Source of the DNA: Bigelowiella natans CCMP2755
Taxonomy: Eukaryota > Protista > Cercozoa
Assembly (NCBI GenBank): GCA_000320545.1
Contig: ADNK01003065.1
Location: 18,811 to 82,810, forward strand
Direction of reading: 5' to 3'
Length of the DNA stretch: 64,000 nucleotides
In this document: positions 49,875-63,852 of the stretch, piece by piece
Layout of the letters: each line of letters starts with the position of its first letter
How positions within the stretch are numbered: position 1 is the first letter of the stretch
The notes under the pieces: generated by a model
The model's database searches: none
What the model was told of the DNA's origin: nothing
What the model saw: the letters and a program-made list of their open reading frames with translations, nothing else
Position numbers and translations under genes: made by a program

Positions 49875-52800
49875 ATGGCGTGTGGAGCGGATAGGATTCT
49901 GGGATCAACCCCTGCGGCACTTTTAGTCTTCCTTATATTCCTCGTTTTGACAAAGAGAGAATGTGATAAGGTTCGCAACACCTCCACAAGCATCGCATAT
50001 CGCGGTGTAAATGTTGCGGCGCTGAGGCCGATAAAGTCAAACCGGTGGGGTCTTTATTCAACTTCATCTTTTTCTGCTCCCCCTCGGTGGGTGGTTCGAT
50101 CATCCGTGAATCCAGGTCGCGTTTACTGAGTTTTGAGCTCGAAAATAGCAATTGAGTGTTTTTCTTTCTTACTCCCTTTAATATAACCCTCTAGATGATT
50201 CGGAGCTGCTCGAGCGGCTTAGCGCGCGCAAGGTGAAAGTTACGATCAGTGAGCTGAAGGATGAGCTGCGAGCTCGTGGTTTGAAGGTCACAGGTATGAG
50301 CACGCCACTCTTGACAAAACGATAGTGCTCGATGGAAATACTTAACAATTTCGTATTTTTGAAGGGAAGAAAGATGAGCTAATAGCCCGCCTCAAATCTG
50401 CAATCACTGGCGGTAAGTTAGGATATTGTGGAAGATGAGGGAATAGGGCAGGAGGGGAAATTGCAATAGCTATTTCGCTCAGTTTCTGATGCAAATCACT
50501 ACCCTCCACTCCCCCCTCCTTCTAAAACACAATATCATGCAGAACCCATTCCGACGCCTCCCGACCCTTTTCTCGTTGCGAGAGAAGCAGAAGAAAAGAG
50601 GATGAAACAACAGCAGGAGCTGCAGCAGTACCAACAGAAGCCAGAGATGGATTTCCAAGATTCAAACTTGCCTACATACGCCGACGATAATCCCAACTAC
50701 AATGGGAGGGGGGATCCATACGCTCCTTACGATGGAAGCTTCTTCGGTGTGTGCTGCTACTGCACAAAAGTTTTACCTTTCTTATCCCTCGTACATCCCG
50801 ATGTTGTATGCATCAGAGAGGAAAATGGAGATAGTGCTAATTTTCCTGCATTCTTCTCCTCTCCCCTCCTCTCTCTATGTGTGCCAGGTGACTCAACCCA
50901 GCCAATGACATTGGGTACTAAAATTACGATACTGCACTAGGATATGTTTAGCAATTGTGCCTTCCCTCTCCTCTCTTTCTGTCTGGCAGCATGAGGGATT
51001 TTATTCACGTGATGAAAAGTAATATTCGGTGCCAAGTATCGTTTTCCTACGGCAACTTTCTTGATTCGTTATAACGTTGAATGAATTAAATGCAGCTGAG
51101 CTTCAGAGGGAGGCAGAGCAGATGATGGTGGGTTGAAACTAGCATATAGGCACGCATATACAAGGGAGAGAAAGGGGGGCAGGGGGAGAAAGAGATCCTC
51201 AGATTTGAAGGCATTCGGCACAAAAAGTGCATTCACGTACAGTACCAATGTACTCAATGATTCGTATCCACCTCCAACAGCTTCACCAGCACAGCTCCAT
51301 TCTTCCCTCCCCCATAAGTTCATTTATTTCTCGAAACTAGGCCTTTCCGGAAGACGATTCGGCTGTTATTCCAGGTTCGCCTTTGTTCTAATTGCTTCTT
51401 ATATCTGCTCTTTGCTGTCGTGACCCTGCTATTTCCTCAGCACCTGCTAATTTTTCCTCATTTTTGATTGACTTTCCCGTCGTTCGTTCCCTCATGATAG
51501 ATCACCTATGGGACGATAGTGATGAGGAGGACGGGGGTGGAGAGGCTGCTGAAGAAGGAGGGGTGGTTCAAAAAGTTGAGACTGGTGGCGGCGCCCTAAA
51601 CATGCAAAAGAGCCACGCCTTAGAGGTTTCCTTAGTTCCATACGTTTACTACTACATTACACAAAGACGATTTCTACCCACTGTTCCTTTCTATTACTGC
51701 TGCGAGTGTCGTTCAGTTTTTGCCAGCACCCCCCCCCCCCCCCTTCACGCCTGAGGGTTGGCGGGCCGATTGAATAGCTCTATACACGCACCCACCAAAC
51801 TCTGCAAAACCATCAAAGTACCATAGATTCCATAATCACGCATTCACTCCCGCCACCGCCCACAATGCAGGAGATAAAGAACATGCTTTCCGAACTCGAC
51901 CGAAAATACGAGGTGGCAAAAATATGCATATTGAAAAATTTTTTAGGAGAGTGGTAGAGGGTGGGGGGGGGGGCATGTTTGTTAACAACGCTGCTCGCAG
52001 AATTTCTCTTTCCCTCACACAACATCCACACATTGGTAGGAATCGGGCGCGGAGGTCGAGAAGTCCTTTACCTACGGTAATAATCAATGCGTGGAATTAG
52101 CACGCATGATGATGACTACTGTTTATAGCGAAGTGTCCAACGTTGATAATATCATCCTCCTCTACTCCTCCTGTCACATTAACGTTTATTGACGTTTCTT
52201 ATTTAAAGGTCCTGGACGTGATGAGAAGGATCACATCGGAAAGAAGCTGGACACGGGAGCTGAAATGTAATCATGCGATTCTAGATCAAAGAAGAAGGAG
52301 GAGGAGGAGGAGAGGAAGGGAACCCCCCTCCTTGCCCTTTGCTGATTAATTTTCACACGGTCAACTTCTTGCTCCTCCTCCTCCCACCGTTGTTGTTGTT
52401 GTTGTGCAGGTGGCTCGCGTACTACAGAAGATTTGGCGAGCAAAAGGAGAATGAGACCTGGCCCTCCTCCGCTGCGCTCAGCCGAGACTTATCGGATCGA
52501 TGGAAAGATGCATCAGGGGTTAATTAGTGCGTGTGTGAGTGCGTGGTGCTGCCTAGTAGAGTACTACTTGAGAAACAACATCGATTTGAACAAGTCGCTT
52601 AGTTACGCATGACCGTGGGCTTCTCTTGTCCATCAAGCAGTATTTCCGTACACTTTGCGTATGTGTATGGTATTATCTCCTTACTCCGCTCCCTTCCCCC
52701 TCTCCCTCCCACTCTCACCGTTTCCAGATGCCGACGGACTATGGGCTTACTTTTGAAGAAATCGATGAAATCTTATACGGCGAGGAGGAAGCCCATCTCA

Positions 52801-52996
52801 CACCCGGTGAGTGCTGTGTACCTTCTATGTATTCCTGCGTTTGTGCTTGTCCTTGTGGTTGCGTGGGGGCGGTATTTGATAAGTGTTCCCTGTTTTCAGA
52901 GCAACGAAAGCTGCGGATGGAGCGAAGGAGGGAGATCGGCAAAATGGAAGATTGGTACCATGTCCAAACACATTCGAGTGTTTGCCTCTCTTTGCA

Positions 52997-53034
<38 letters not shown>

Positions 53035-53035
53035 T

Positions 53036-53078
<43 letters not shown>

Positions 53079-53141
53079 TCATCAGCTTCCCTCTGCAGCA
53101 GCGTATCACCGTCCTGGGAGTAGCATTGCAGTCCTCGTCGG

Positions 53142-53183
<42 letters not shown>

Positions 53184-54403
53184 ACTGTGCCGGTGTCGAG
53201 CTGATATTCCCAATGATGATTCTCATCTATTGGAGCTGTCGGAGCACAATTGTGATGACGACAAACCTTAATTATACGCAACATTTCTGAGGGCATATCA
53301 GCTCTGCGACGACCAGACACAAACAAATAGCAAGCGACAGCAACCACCACGACGATTGAATCCGGCTGGTGGTTCCAAGAAAGGGAATGGAGAGCGTTTG
53401 GAATTGTTGGGGGGAGGGGGGGGTCACTTAGATGATTAATCATGCATATGCAAAAGTGGATTATGTGTGTGAGTATGTGTGTGAGTGTGTGTGAGTGTGT
53501 GTGTGTGTGTGTTTGTACTGAGATCTCTCGTATTACCAACCCTCCGCCGCCTTCACCCTCCCCCCCCTTCTCATTCACACTATTCTAGGTACAGAGAGCA
53601 GATGCTGGCCCCGCATCTCAGGGCGGATAGGGAGGTGAGGAAAAGAACAAATACACTCATATATCTTTACTTGTGCGGGAGAAGCGAGCGCAAGATAAGA
53701 ATATAATAGGTGTGAGTATGTGGTATGTGCGCATGCTGCATGGGTACACTCACGCTTAGATCGGAAATTCAGCACTGATGTGGGTCGTTTTGGTAGGAGC
53801 AGAAGGCTTTAGAAGAGAAGCTGTCGCTTGACCGCAATTTTGACCGGAATAAGTGCGTAGTAGCATCAACTCATAGAAATAAGAGCGAAAAGAGGAGAAG
53901 AAGAATAAGATAGATAAAGATGAGAGAGCAGTGTTAGTGTTCTTTCCCACCCTCGTGTTTGTAATGTGTTAGTTTGTTCCTCCCTCTCTCTATCTCTCCC
54001 TCTCTCGCACCCTCTCTCTCTCGTATTGCTGATCTTCACAATCCCATATCGTATCTCCGTGCAGGGGTGATTGGTACGATCATGACGTGAGCATTCCTCG
54101 CCTCAAATCAATGAAGCCTACCAAGGTGCTGCCGCGTGATCGGGGAGGGGGGGGGAGGGGATAGTCCTGTGTCCGGAATCGTTTATGATTCTCCTCTTCT
54201 TGCCGCCTTCTCTTCTTCAACACCACCAAAACTACTTACATCCCAAAGGCCTCTCACGTGAATTTCGGAAGCAGCGATGTGCCGACCCCCGCGGTCTTCG
54301 TCGTCTACAATCGGACACAGGTGCTTGTGGTGGTGGTGGTGGTAGTGGTGGTGGTACATGCGTTGGCAAAGTCAATATGATGAAATCTGCTGTTGCTGCT
54401 GCT

Positions 54404-54466
<63 letters not shown>

Positions 54467-54690
54467 TCTGTGTCGGTATCGTGCAAGCTCCATGAAGTAG
54501 TTGATTTCGTATTCTCCCCCGAACATAACGGAAATAGCAACGATAATCATCATTATCATCACCACCACCATCATCATCGTCGTCGTCATCTAGGACCCCG
54601 TGTACATTGGGATGACGTTCAACTTCAACGCGACTGTGGAGGTAGGTCGTTCATAGTAGTAATTGGTAGTAGCTGTTATGTTTATGCGTA

Positions 54691-54724
<34 letters not shown>

Positions 54725-55627
54725 GTAGGTTCTCCGCAACCGACGGCCAAGTCAGATGCAATGGATCCGGTGAGGAGGGGGAGGAGGAGGAGGAGGAGGA
54801 TATATATTACGATGATCACGACGACGACGATGATGATGATGATAACGACTATGCTTATGCCCCACACCACGTCGCTAATACACTGCTTTTGATCCACTAT
54901 ATATCAAAAGAAAGCATATTACTATAACATTATATATGTACATGTGTCCCCCTAGCTGCGGGAATGTGTGTATGTGTTTAATGCCGCCGCTGCTGTTGTG
55001 ACACAGATACTACATCATCCCCAAATTCCGTAACGATGAGCTCACACTGGGGCCCTTGCAGACCGTCAAGGTTGTAGATAGCTTCCATTCCCTTTCGGGC
55101 GTGCGTTTTTTCTTGCATCAAAAATACGAGGGAAGGGGGGGGGGGGGGGGCATGTTGGTCGGAGTGGGGAATAAAACCGTGTAAACTCCCGCCCATCATA
55201 CCCTGCGTTGTCCGTGTGTGCTTCAGCAAGGATGGGAGGAGCAGTTTGGCGGCCCGTTGGATGGCAATCGAGTCGAGGTTTCTCACAACACAAGCAGCAC
55301 AGAGAGATTAAAAGTTACATGATTGTGATATCGTAAGGGAGGGAGAGGAAGGTGGGAGGGGGAGGGAGTTTGGAGCACAAGGACAAAAGCAGAGTTTTTT
55401 TGTTGTACTGAGGAAGAGGGGGGGGGGGGGGGAGGGAGAAAGAGAGATTCCTAATGAAATTAAATAATATGGAGATCTAAGTGGGGATTGTTTACGAATG
55501 GCAGTCATAACCTCCTCTTCCTGTGTGTGCATCTTTGATTGAGCAGGAGGAAAAGCTAAAATGGGAGCGTGAGCCACCAAGAGCAGAGCCTGACATGGAA
55601 GATATTCAGCCTTCTATTGGCGCCTGA
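49875..55627 (+). CDS. SAP-domain protein with a bipartite (signal + transit) plastid-type leader; many exons
   Basis: Leader ...PAALLVFLIFLVL followed by an S/T/R-rich region. SAP motif VTISELKDELRARGLKVTGKKDELIARL (50240-50400). Further in-phase exons lead to EEKLKWEREPPRAEPDMEDIQPSIGA*. Internal exon structure is only partly resolved. Confidence 0.65.
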
Positions 55628-56446
55628 TAGTGCGTGATGCTACAGCATTACGGATATTCATGTTTATGTACGTAGTGTTCTATGTATTTGTATGTAAATA
55701 ATGAAAATAAGATCTATATTTTTGGGGGCCGTGCACGCGTGTATGTTAATTTTGACGTAGTCGCTGAATGTAAATTTAATCGCGATTTGCTGTAAAAGTA
55801 AACATCGTCACGCACAAATTATTCCATGTGTATATGTCTTATGTATCGTATCTCTTATTATTTGTGTGTGAATGTGCGGCACCAGCCGCCAGCGATTCGC
55901 CTATAAAATCTAGAAATGTAGCGTGTGCATTCATGGTACACATGTGGCATCTGCATGTGCGCACACTGCTAGACTGTTCTAGTGTCGTGTTCTAGGCACA
56001 GCCATTAGTACACGTACTTCGTGTGTAACTAATAGATGTGTTCGTGATTGCAGTATATGCCATAGCATAGTTGTATGCGCTCGCTAGCTTGATACACTTG
56101 TGTGAGTGGCGGCTACAAGCTGCAAACTTACTGGTTTGTGATCAATAAGCTAACATATATACGTATGTCTATTGTGCTACATTCACCACGGTAGCACGTA
56201 CCTAAACTAGCAAACAGATGCTGTTCACGCACAACAATGCAAAATTTTTAAATCGGCAATTGCATCGCGGGACTTGCTGGAGGGTAATGCAATACGAAAC
56301 TGAGACCAAAGCAAATATTCGATCATCTTGCGTAAAATTTCAACTCTCAATCATAGACAACGCTAGCACGTAATGTGATGTGCACACATTATATATATAA
56401 TTATGCATTCCTAAGTAGCTTTGAAAGCTGCGAGGCGAATTATTTG

Positions 56447-56497
56447 CATGCTGTTCCGAATCATGCTAGCATGCTGTTCCGATCATGCTAGCATGCT
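56447..56497. repeat. Short tandem duplication (about 23-24 bp x2) containing the palindrome CATGCTAGCATG
   Basis: catgctgttccgaatcatgctag catgctgttccgatcatgctag catgct. Confidence 0.7.
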
Positions 56498-56625
56498 CAC
56501 TGGGCATGCAACAATGGCAAATCATGTGAAAGAATGGCATCGCATGCTTGTCAATGTGCGATGGGTGTATGCACGGTTAGAGACACGCGCGCGCGCGCAC
56601 ACACACACACACACATATGTGTAAA

Positions 56626-56673
<48 letters not shown>

Positions 56674-58415
56674 AACTTATGTCTGTTACCTAATCGATTG
56701 GTGTCGACATGATTATCGACACCTAGCTAGCCGTCCAGCCATGGCGGGTTGTACACGTGTACATGTAGCTAGCGTTGCGTATCACTATGTGCTGCTGTGT
56801 ACACTGTTTGTAGTTGTTCATTTCTGCCTAGCGTAGTGCATGCCAACTAACAATGCTAATCACGCTAGTAGCACGTACGCCAGCCGCTCGCTCATCAGTA
56901 TGGTACTCGAAACACCCACCACGTTATTTGCACTTATGTGTGCACTGTGCACAGCGCTGCACTCCCTGGCGATGCGATCATTGTTCGATTTTTGATTTTC
57001 AATGCATGGCTTTCTAGCTTTAGCCATCACACACATGGTAGCCACTAAGACCTATATCCTAGTTACGATGCAGTCGCATTGTCGTTGTGGATAATAAGAG
57101 CAAAGATTACATAAACACAAACATGCCTTAATTAGCACGTAACAATTGCATCGTACGTACGTACATGATCGACATGCGCATTATGTCTATTTAAGCTCGC
57201 CCGGCTAATTCAAATGCGATCAGTAATGGCGATGAACTGGAGCATTGCAGCAAGATCATCAACATAACGAGCGATCATTAGATGTCTCATGCACATTGTC
57301 TAGGACGTGATCTTGATTATGCTCAATTCATACCTCGCTAGCGCGTAGTCTTGGCTCGTATGTTTTGGAGAACAAACCTGATGCTGACGGGGCGAGTAAT
57401 GCTAAATATTGGCACACAAACCACGCAGTGTTCGTGCTATGCTAGGTTCTTCTCTTCAGTCAACAAGAAGACCCGAAAATGCCCATTGTGTGCTCGATTC
57501 CCAGCGCTGCTCATGTACGATAGAGATAGATAGAAATATGCGTGGATCCTTACTTTTCCCAAGTAACCACCCAAAAACGGCAAAGGCATGATTTCCCCAG
57601 CCACGCGCCGGGCCCCTGTCTCTTCCGGCCCGGCTTCGGAACGGATTGCACGTGTTCAAATTGCTATTTTCTTTTTTTAACGCTTTTACCGTTGTCGTCC
57701 GTACAAATCATCAAGCCCTTTCCCCTGATCATCCTTTCTCTTACTTTTTCGGCGCAATTCAGGGTAAACTACCTCAATTGCCGCCTGCCACGTTGCCCTT
57801 CTCGTCGTCGATCGGAGCGAGAATTTTAGCTAAGTACACGTCCGCGTTTCATCTTACAGTTGCGACAAAGATGTGCCTTGTCGCACGTGGAAAACCGCAG
57901 CATAAGACGCGCCTTCCAAGAGAAGTTAGGTAGCATCGTTTACGGCTATTTCCTTTGTTGGGGAAGTGGGGGCAGAGAAAGCGCTTAATAGCCCGAAAAA
58001 CAGGTCTTTTTTACGTATAATTATGCCGATTTTAATGTCGTTCAAGGTAAAATCACTCGCTTGGATTCGGGTCGACGTAACCCTTCAAACACTGCTTCCT
58101 AGGTGTGTGCTCGTCTGCCCGCTCTTTGCCTGATCTCTCTCTTTCCACCCCCGCCCCACTTTCCGCCTGTACGAAGATTTAAGGGCCAAAGTAGGCAGTG
58201 AATTGGTGTGCGTTTTTTGGTGGGAAGGGTTTCTGTGGGTAGGCGAATGGTTGCTGGGAGGGAAGCCTTTCCTGGAAACAACCGGAAAAATTGCAGAGGA
58301 GGAAAGGGATCAATCATAGTCGATCCTTCTCCGCTCCATCATGCCCATTGCTGAGTTAGACTATGGTTACTGACATTTTATTTGCGTCCCTACCTTCAGA
58401 ACTGCATAAAGAGCG

Positions 58416-59747
58416 ATGACAACGACCTCACCATCGTCGCCCCCAAAGATGCCTCCTGCTCGATTCTCCCGCACCATGAGCGACATGTCACGGCAGGTGA
58501 ACAAGAAGGAGCTGGCTCAGAAATCACTTTTTGCTTGTGTCGAAGGTAGGTTGGGTGAGGGTTAGGGTAAAGGCTGGCTGAGGAGGAAGAGCGACTAAGA
58601 CGATTGTGTCCATCACGCACTAAGAGGGCCATCATCACCAACCTTCCACGCACCAAAGGTGGCGGGCAATCATGGCTTGTACTGGTCTCCGAAGGCATTC
58701 ATCCGCCAAAGGTGCTGCCCCCCTCCACCCTCCCCTTCCTTTCCCTCCCTTCTCGTTATTTCGACTTTAATAAGAATGCTTGCCTTCTGCACCGTAAGGC
58801 GAGTTAAGTTATGATGAATGGAGAAGTGATAAGAGAGAGACGGATGAGCTTCAATTCACGTGACATGCGGTGTCCTTCCTGTGTATTACGTATTGTCTTG
58901 TTTTTTCAGGAGATCGACTCGTGCCGATTCTACACCACTGAGGAGATTGATGGTAGGGTGTAGCTATATTGCAGAGCACACACATTCCCCACATCCCCAA
59001 CAACATATCCGTCGCCGCTTATGCCTTACAGTGCCTCAATGGACTCGTCGCCGTCGTTACCACGCAGCAGCGCATGATAATTGCAGAAATCAAGGCTAAA
59101 ATCAATTTTAGGCAAGACGGTGGCGCGCAAGGCCGAAGATGTTATCAACGACTGTGTGCGCTGGCTAAAGGTGTTGTTATACATATGGCGGAGGCGTGAG
59201 AGGACGGGAGAGGATCGGGGGGTGGGGGGGGGTTAGAGGAGAGCAAAAATACGAGGAAATACAGGGAGGGGAGCGAGAGAGACTACCAGAGCGAGAGATA
59301 GACCAAGATTCAGCTACTTTTACTACTACTGCAACCGCTGTTATTGTGACTGAAACGAATGGTAATGAAAGGTATTCGAGACGAGGCATGGCAAGCTCAC
59401 TTCCATCGGAATCGTTTCCTTCGGACCAACAGACTTGAATCCTAAGAGTAGTAGTGAGAACTTTGGCGATGATGATGATGATGATGATGATGATGGAATG
59501 GAGATAAGCGACCTCTTTCTTCTTCCACTGAATAGGTCGTACCTTCGGATATATCACTACCACGCCAAAGGAAGGTCTGTTGCACTTGCACGGTGGCATG
59601 CGTTTGCAGCGCTTTCACGTGAAAATTCAATGTATTGAATGAATCACACCCTTCTCTATGGTCTCGAGGCCTTTTCCTTCCACCGAATGCATGCATTCAG
59701 GGGAAAGGGAGCCCCCTCCTACGATAACAGAGAAAAGAGCGAGAAAG

Positions 59748-59792
<45 letters not shown>

Positions 59793-60181
59793 TAGAGGGA
59801 GAAAGTAATCGTTGCCGATATCCTGCTTAGGTTGGCAGAATACCGATGTCGTTGGACCCTTCTCCCGCGCCTTCAAAGGTGCGTTTCGTCGGATGTGTGG
59901 GGAGGAGGGCGCTAGGCCATTAAATCGTTCATTGGATGAAAGCACATGTCGCTGCTACCCTTGCCGGATAATAAGGATGGTGATGCTGATGGATGTTTTC
60001 CGGTATGTTGATTTTTGCCAGGAACGCCAGTTGGATTTGACACCGACGTCAATATGGTAGTGGAAGTAGTTATAGTACTAGTAGTAGTAGTACTAGTAGT
60101 AGCAGCAGGTGCTAGTGCTTACTTTCGTGCATGCATGCATGCATGCGTCCCCGAGAGAGAGAGAGGGGAGGGGGAAAGGGA

Positions 60182-60222
<41 letters not shown>

Positions 60223-60340
60223 CTCTTCCTCCCTTAATCTCGTTCCTTTACTTTTCTATGCACACTCCCCCGGCAGGTCGCGGTTTCTGAGTACACCTAT
60301 GGAGGTGATGTATGAATGCGCGCGCAAATATAAAATTGCT

Positions 60341-60398
<58 letters not shown>

Positions 60399-60560
60399 AT
60401 TATTTTATATTATATTAATGCATTTCATCTCTATTCTAGTATATTGGGAGCGATGGGCGCGACAGCTACCCAGGAAACTGCAAGTAATAAGAGAAAGAAG
60501 AACGTGACAGTGAGAAGAGACGACGATCGTGTAGTTGTACAGCTAACTTTAGTGTACGTA

Positions 60561-60594
<34 letters not shown>

Positions 60595-60983
60595 CCGCCA
60601 TATTTCACACCACGGCGAAATCAAAGTCGAGTCTCAGAGAGAATACGCGTGTGCTGATATGTGCTGATACGCACAGGTTTCACTGTCTGGATAAGGACGG
60701 AAAGCCTCTGCCGTGCGTCATTCGTTGCATTGCACGCGCACATCATCATCGTCATCATCATCAGCAGCATCATCATCTGCAGCAGCATCAACCATAATAA
60801 CAACGACAACAACAAAGAAAATTTCTCTGACGAGAGTCCCATATTCACAGGTATCCGTGCGTGGAAGGAATGGCCAATTCCGACGCCATTGCAGACCGCC
60901 TTCAAATCGACAAGAAGCAACTCAAAGACGTGAAAGATGATCATCCTATTTGGGACCTCGAGGTCGGTAGATCACTGCATTAC

Positions 60984-61016
<33 letters not shown>

Positions 61017-61238
61017 CTATAATTTATATTTGTATATGATTGTAAAAGGCCTCATTGTACCGTAGAACATGGGTTCTTATCCCCATATGTAACTGAATGA
61101 TCCATCCATCAGGCCTACTACCTCGCTCAACTGTGCATCAGCATTACCTTCCTCACTTCGCCAGAGGTGCGGCTTAATGATGATGATGATAATGATGATG
61201 ATGATGATGATGATTATGATGAGAAATATGGAGAATTA

Positions 61239-61275
<37 letters not shown>

Positions 61276-61279
61276 ACTA

Positions 61280-61314
<35 letters not shown>

Positions 61315-62173
61315 TAAAAACCGCATGCATCATTCCAAATCAATCTTTTGGGGAGGGCTCTAGTAACGTAACACGGGCAGTCTTTTCCTCCCCCCCCCTC
61401 CCCCCCATCCTTGTTGGCATGTATGTGGCGGTAACAATGCAGCTGCTGCTTCTGCTGACGATGATGATGATAATGATAATGATGATGATTTGATGTAATT
61501 CTTTGTCGTTGATGCAGGTAATTGTTATCGGGGGCGGGATCATGAATAGAGAGATTCTTTTCCCAAAGATACGGTTAGTAAAAAGAGCTGCTACCATTGC
61601 CGCTACGTGTACATCGTGATAATGATGATGACGATGATGATGCTGATGATATTCTCTCTTCACCCTGCAATAGTTGATGTTGTTGTCGGATAGGAGGGAG
61701 AAGTTTTCACACGTTCGTCAAAACACTCTCACGCAATGAGGGTTCATTGTCTCAACCCCCCCCCCCCCACTGACATTTTCCCCTGTGCCTTTTCTGTGTC
61801 TTTTGCCGCATATCCCCTCCCCCGGCTGTCCCTGCATGCAGAGAGCAGTTTAAGATGCTGCTAGGTATGAACGACTCAAAAACAAGAATGACAACAACAA
61901 ACAACCAAAAGAAGCGCAACCGAACATCGATAATATAACCCATATTCAGCTATAATCTAGGGCATGGAATCTGAATTCTACTCATTTCTCTCTTCTCCTC
62001 CTCCCTCCCTCCTGCCGTCACTCGGCCACCCACCAGGCGGCTACTTTAAAAACGCGCAATACAACAAGGACATCGATTCCTACATCACACGATCGAAGTG
62101 AGACCATCGTAGAAGATGCAAAAGCAGCAAGCAGCGGGCACTCAGATTGCACGCGCCACAACAAAAAATATAT

Positions 62174-62209
<36 letters not shown>

Positions 62210-62974
62210 GCTCTATGCTATCTAGGCATACATTCGTCGCCAACAAACACCACATCCGTTCGGTTGTTAGTCTTTGCTTTCGTATCATAAGAAGATCCGT
62301 CCCCCCCCCCCCTCCCCCCCCTAACCCTGTCAGATTCGATGCAGTGGAAGGCCATGTTCATGCAGGTATATTCAGAGATTATTCCTACTCGAGAGAGGCA
62401 CCTAGTAGCAGTATTATCGATATTGCGACTACTCAAAATACTCGCATCGTTTTGTTATACTGATCGATCCAAATGCACTTGTTATGTTAGTGGTTCTGAT
62501 TCTAACGTTTCTTCCTCTTATGCTTCCTCTTGTTTCAATCTCCTCCTCTCCTCAGGCGTCATGGGAGGGCTTGAGCTCGCTCGCCGTATGTGGGAACTCA
62601 GCGATAAGGTAGCATCGGAATTGCAGTAGTAGCAGCAGTAGTTGCGGTAGGAAGATGTCTCGAGATTAGTAGTGGTAGTGGTGGTAGTAGTGGTAGTAGT
62701 TTTTGTTGATTTTATCGATTTAGCAATGATAGCAGCAGCAGCAGTGAGAGGTTGCCGAATCGATATAATCGGTCGTAATAATAATAGACGACGGTCAATC
62801 GATCATATTTGAAGAGCAGCCCTTTTTTCCTCTTTTGTTCGCTTTTTCATATGGCGCTGCCGGGTGGTTGCGATGATGATGATGGCGATGATGACGATGA
62901 TGATTTTTAATTCCAATTCTTCAAAGCCCCTTTTTCAAGCTCTCCCCCCGCACTTTGTTTCTTACGCGGTCTCT

Positions 62975-63006
<32 letters not shown>

Positions 63007-63209
63007 TCCTCCTCTTCCTCCTCGTGTGCAGTATATCCTTGCAAAGCAAAAAAGGGAGATCGAAAGACTACAAGAAAAACTGTAATAATAGCACTAATCA
63101 ATCGTTACCTATAGCAGGATGCCATGGAGAGGGGGTAGTTGTAGCTGCTGTTTGAATCTTCTTCCCACCCCCCTCTTGCAGCATTTCCATGGGCGCTAAG
63201 AACTCTCAC

Positions 63210-63244
<35 letters not shown>

Positions 63245-63325
63245 TGTGTGTGTTTTCCAGAATTGCTAAGAACGTTACGAGCAATTCGCTGAGAGAGGTG
63301 CAGTGCTTTCCCTACCCCTTACCAT

Positions 63326-63377
<52 letters not shown>

Positions 63378-63608
63378 TGAATAAGATCTGGTGAGGTACA
63401 TCCATATTGTCTCATAAAGCAGCCGAAGATATGTTGTTTCCCCCTCTTCTTCTTCTTCTTCTTCTTCTTCTTCTTCTATATGCTGACGGTGTTACGTAAC
63501 AATGATAGCGTGCTATGTATCACCACGACTCGGGGAGCACGGTCGCGCAGAGCTCGGGGCTTGGTAAATTATAAGCGATCCCTCCATCCCTTCATCCCCC
63601 CCCCCCGG

Positions 63609-63654
<46 letters not shown>

Positions 63655-63655
63655 T

Positions 63656-63697
<42 letters not shown>

Positions 63698-63852
63698 GAA
63701 ATATAGCCAATCCGCCCACCCCCTCCCCCTTCTCTCTGTGATACGAATGATGGTGTGTGCTCATATTATCGTCAGGTATGCTTGCGCTTGGCATCGGCGC
63801 TGGTTGCAGCATTGGCCTCCTCCTCTCCTCCTTCCTCAACCGTCGCCGTTGA
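58416..63852 (+). CDS. ROK-family fructokinase (ScrK/YdhR-like) with a C-terminal coiled coil and hydrophobic tail anchor
   Basis: ACVEGGGQSW, FGYITTTPKEGWQNTDVVG, PVGFDTDVN..VSE, YPGNCRFH..CVEGMA, IWDLEAYYLAQLC..SPEVIVIGGGIMN..LFPKIR. Terminal exons splice in phase to ...GLGMLALGIGAGCSIGLLLSSFLNRRR* (TGA 63850-63852). Confidence 0.85.

Noticed and set aside
58555-58570. Telomere-like TGAGGG/TTAGGG units
   Set aside because: Only about two degenerate units inside an intron; chance occurrence.
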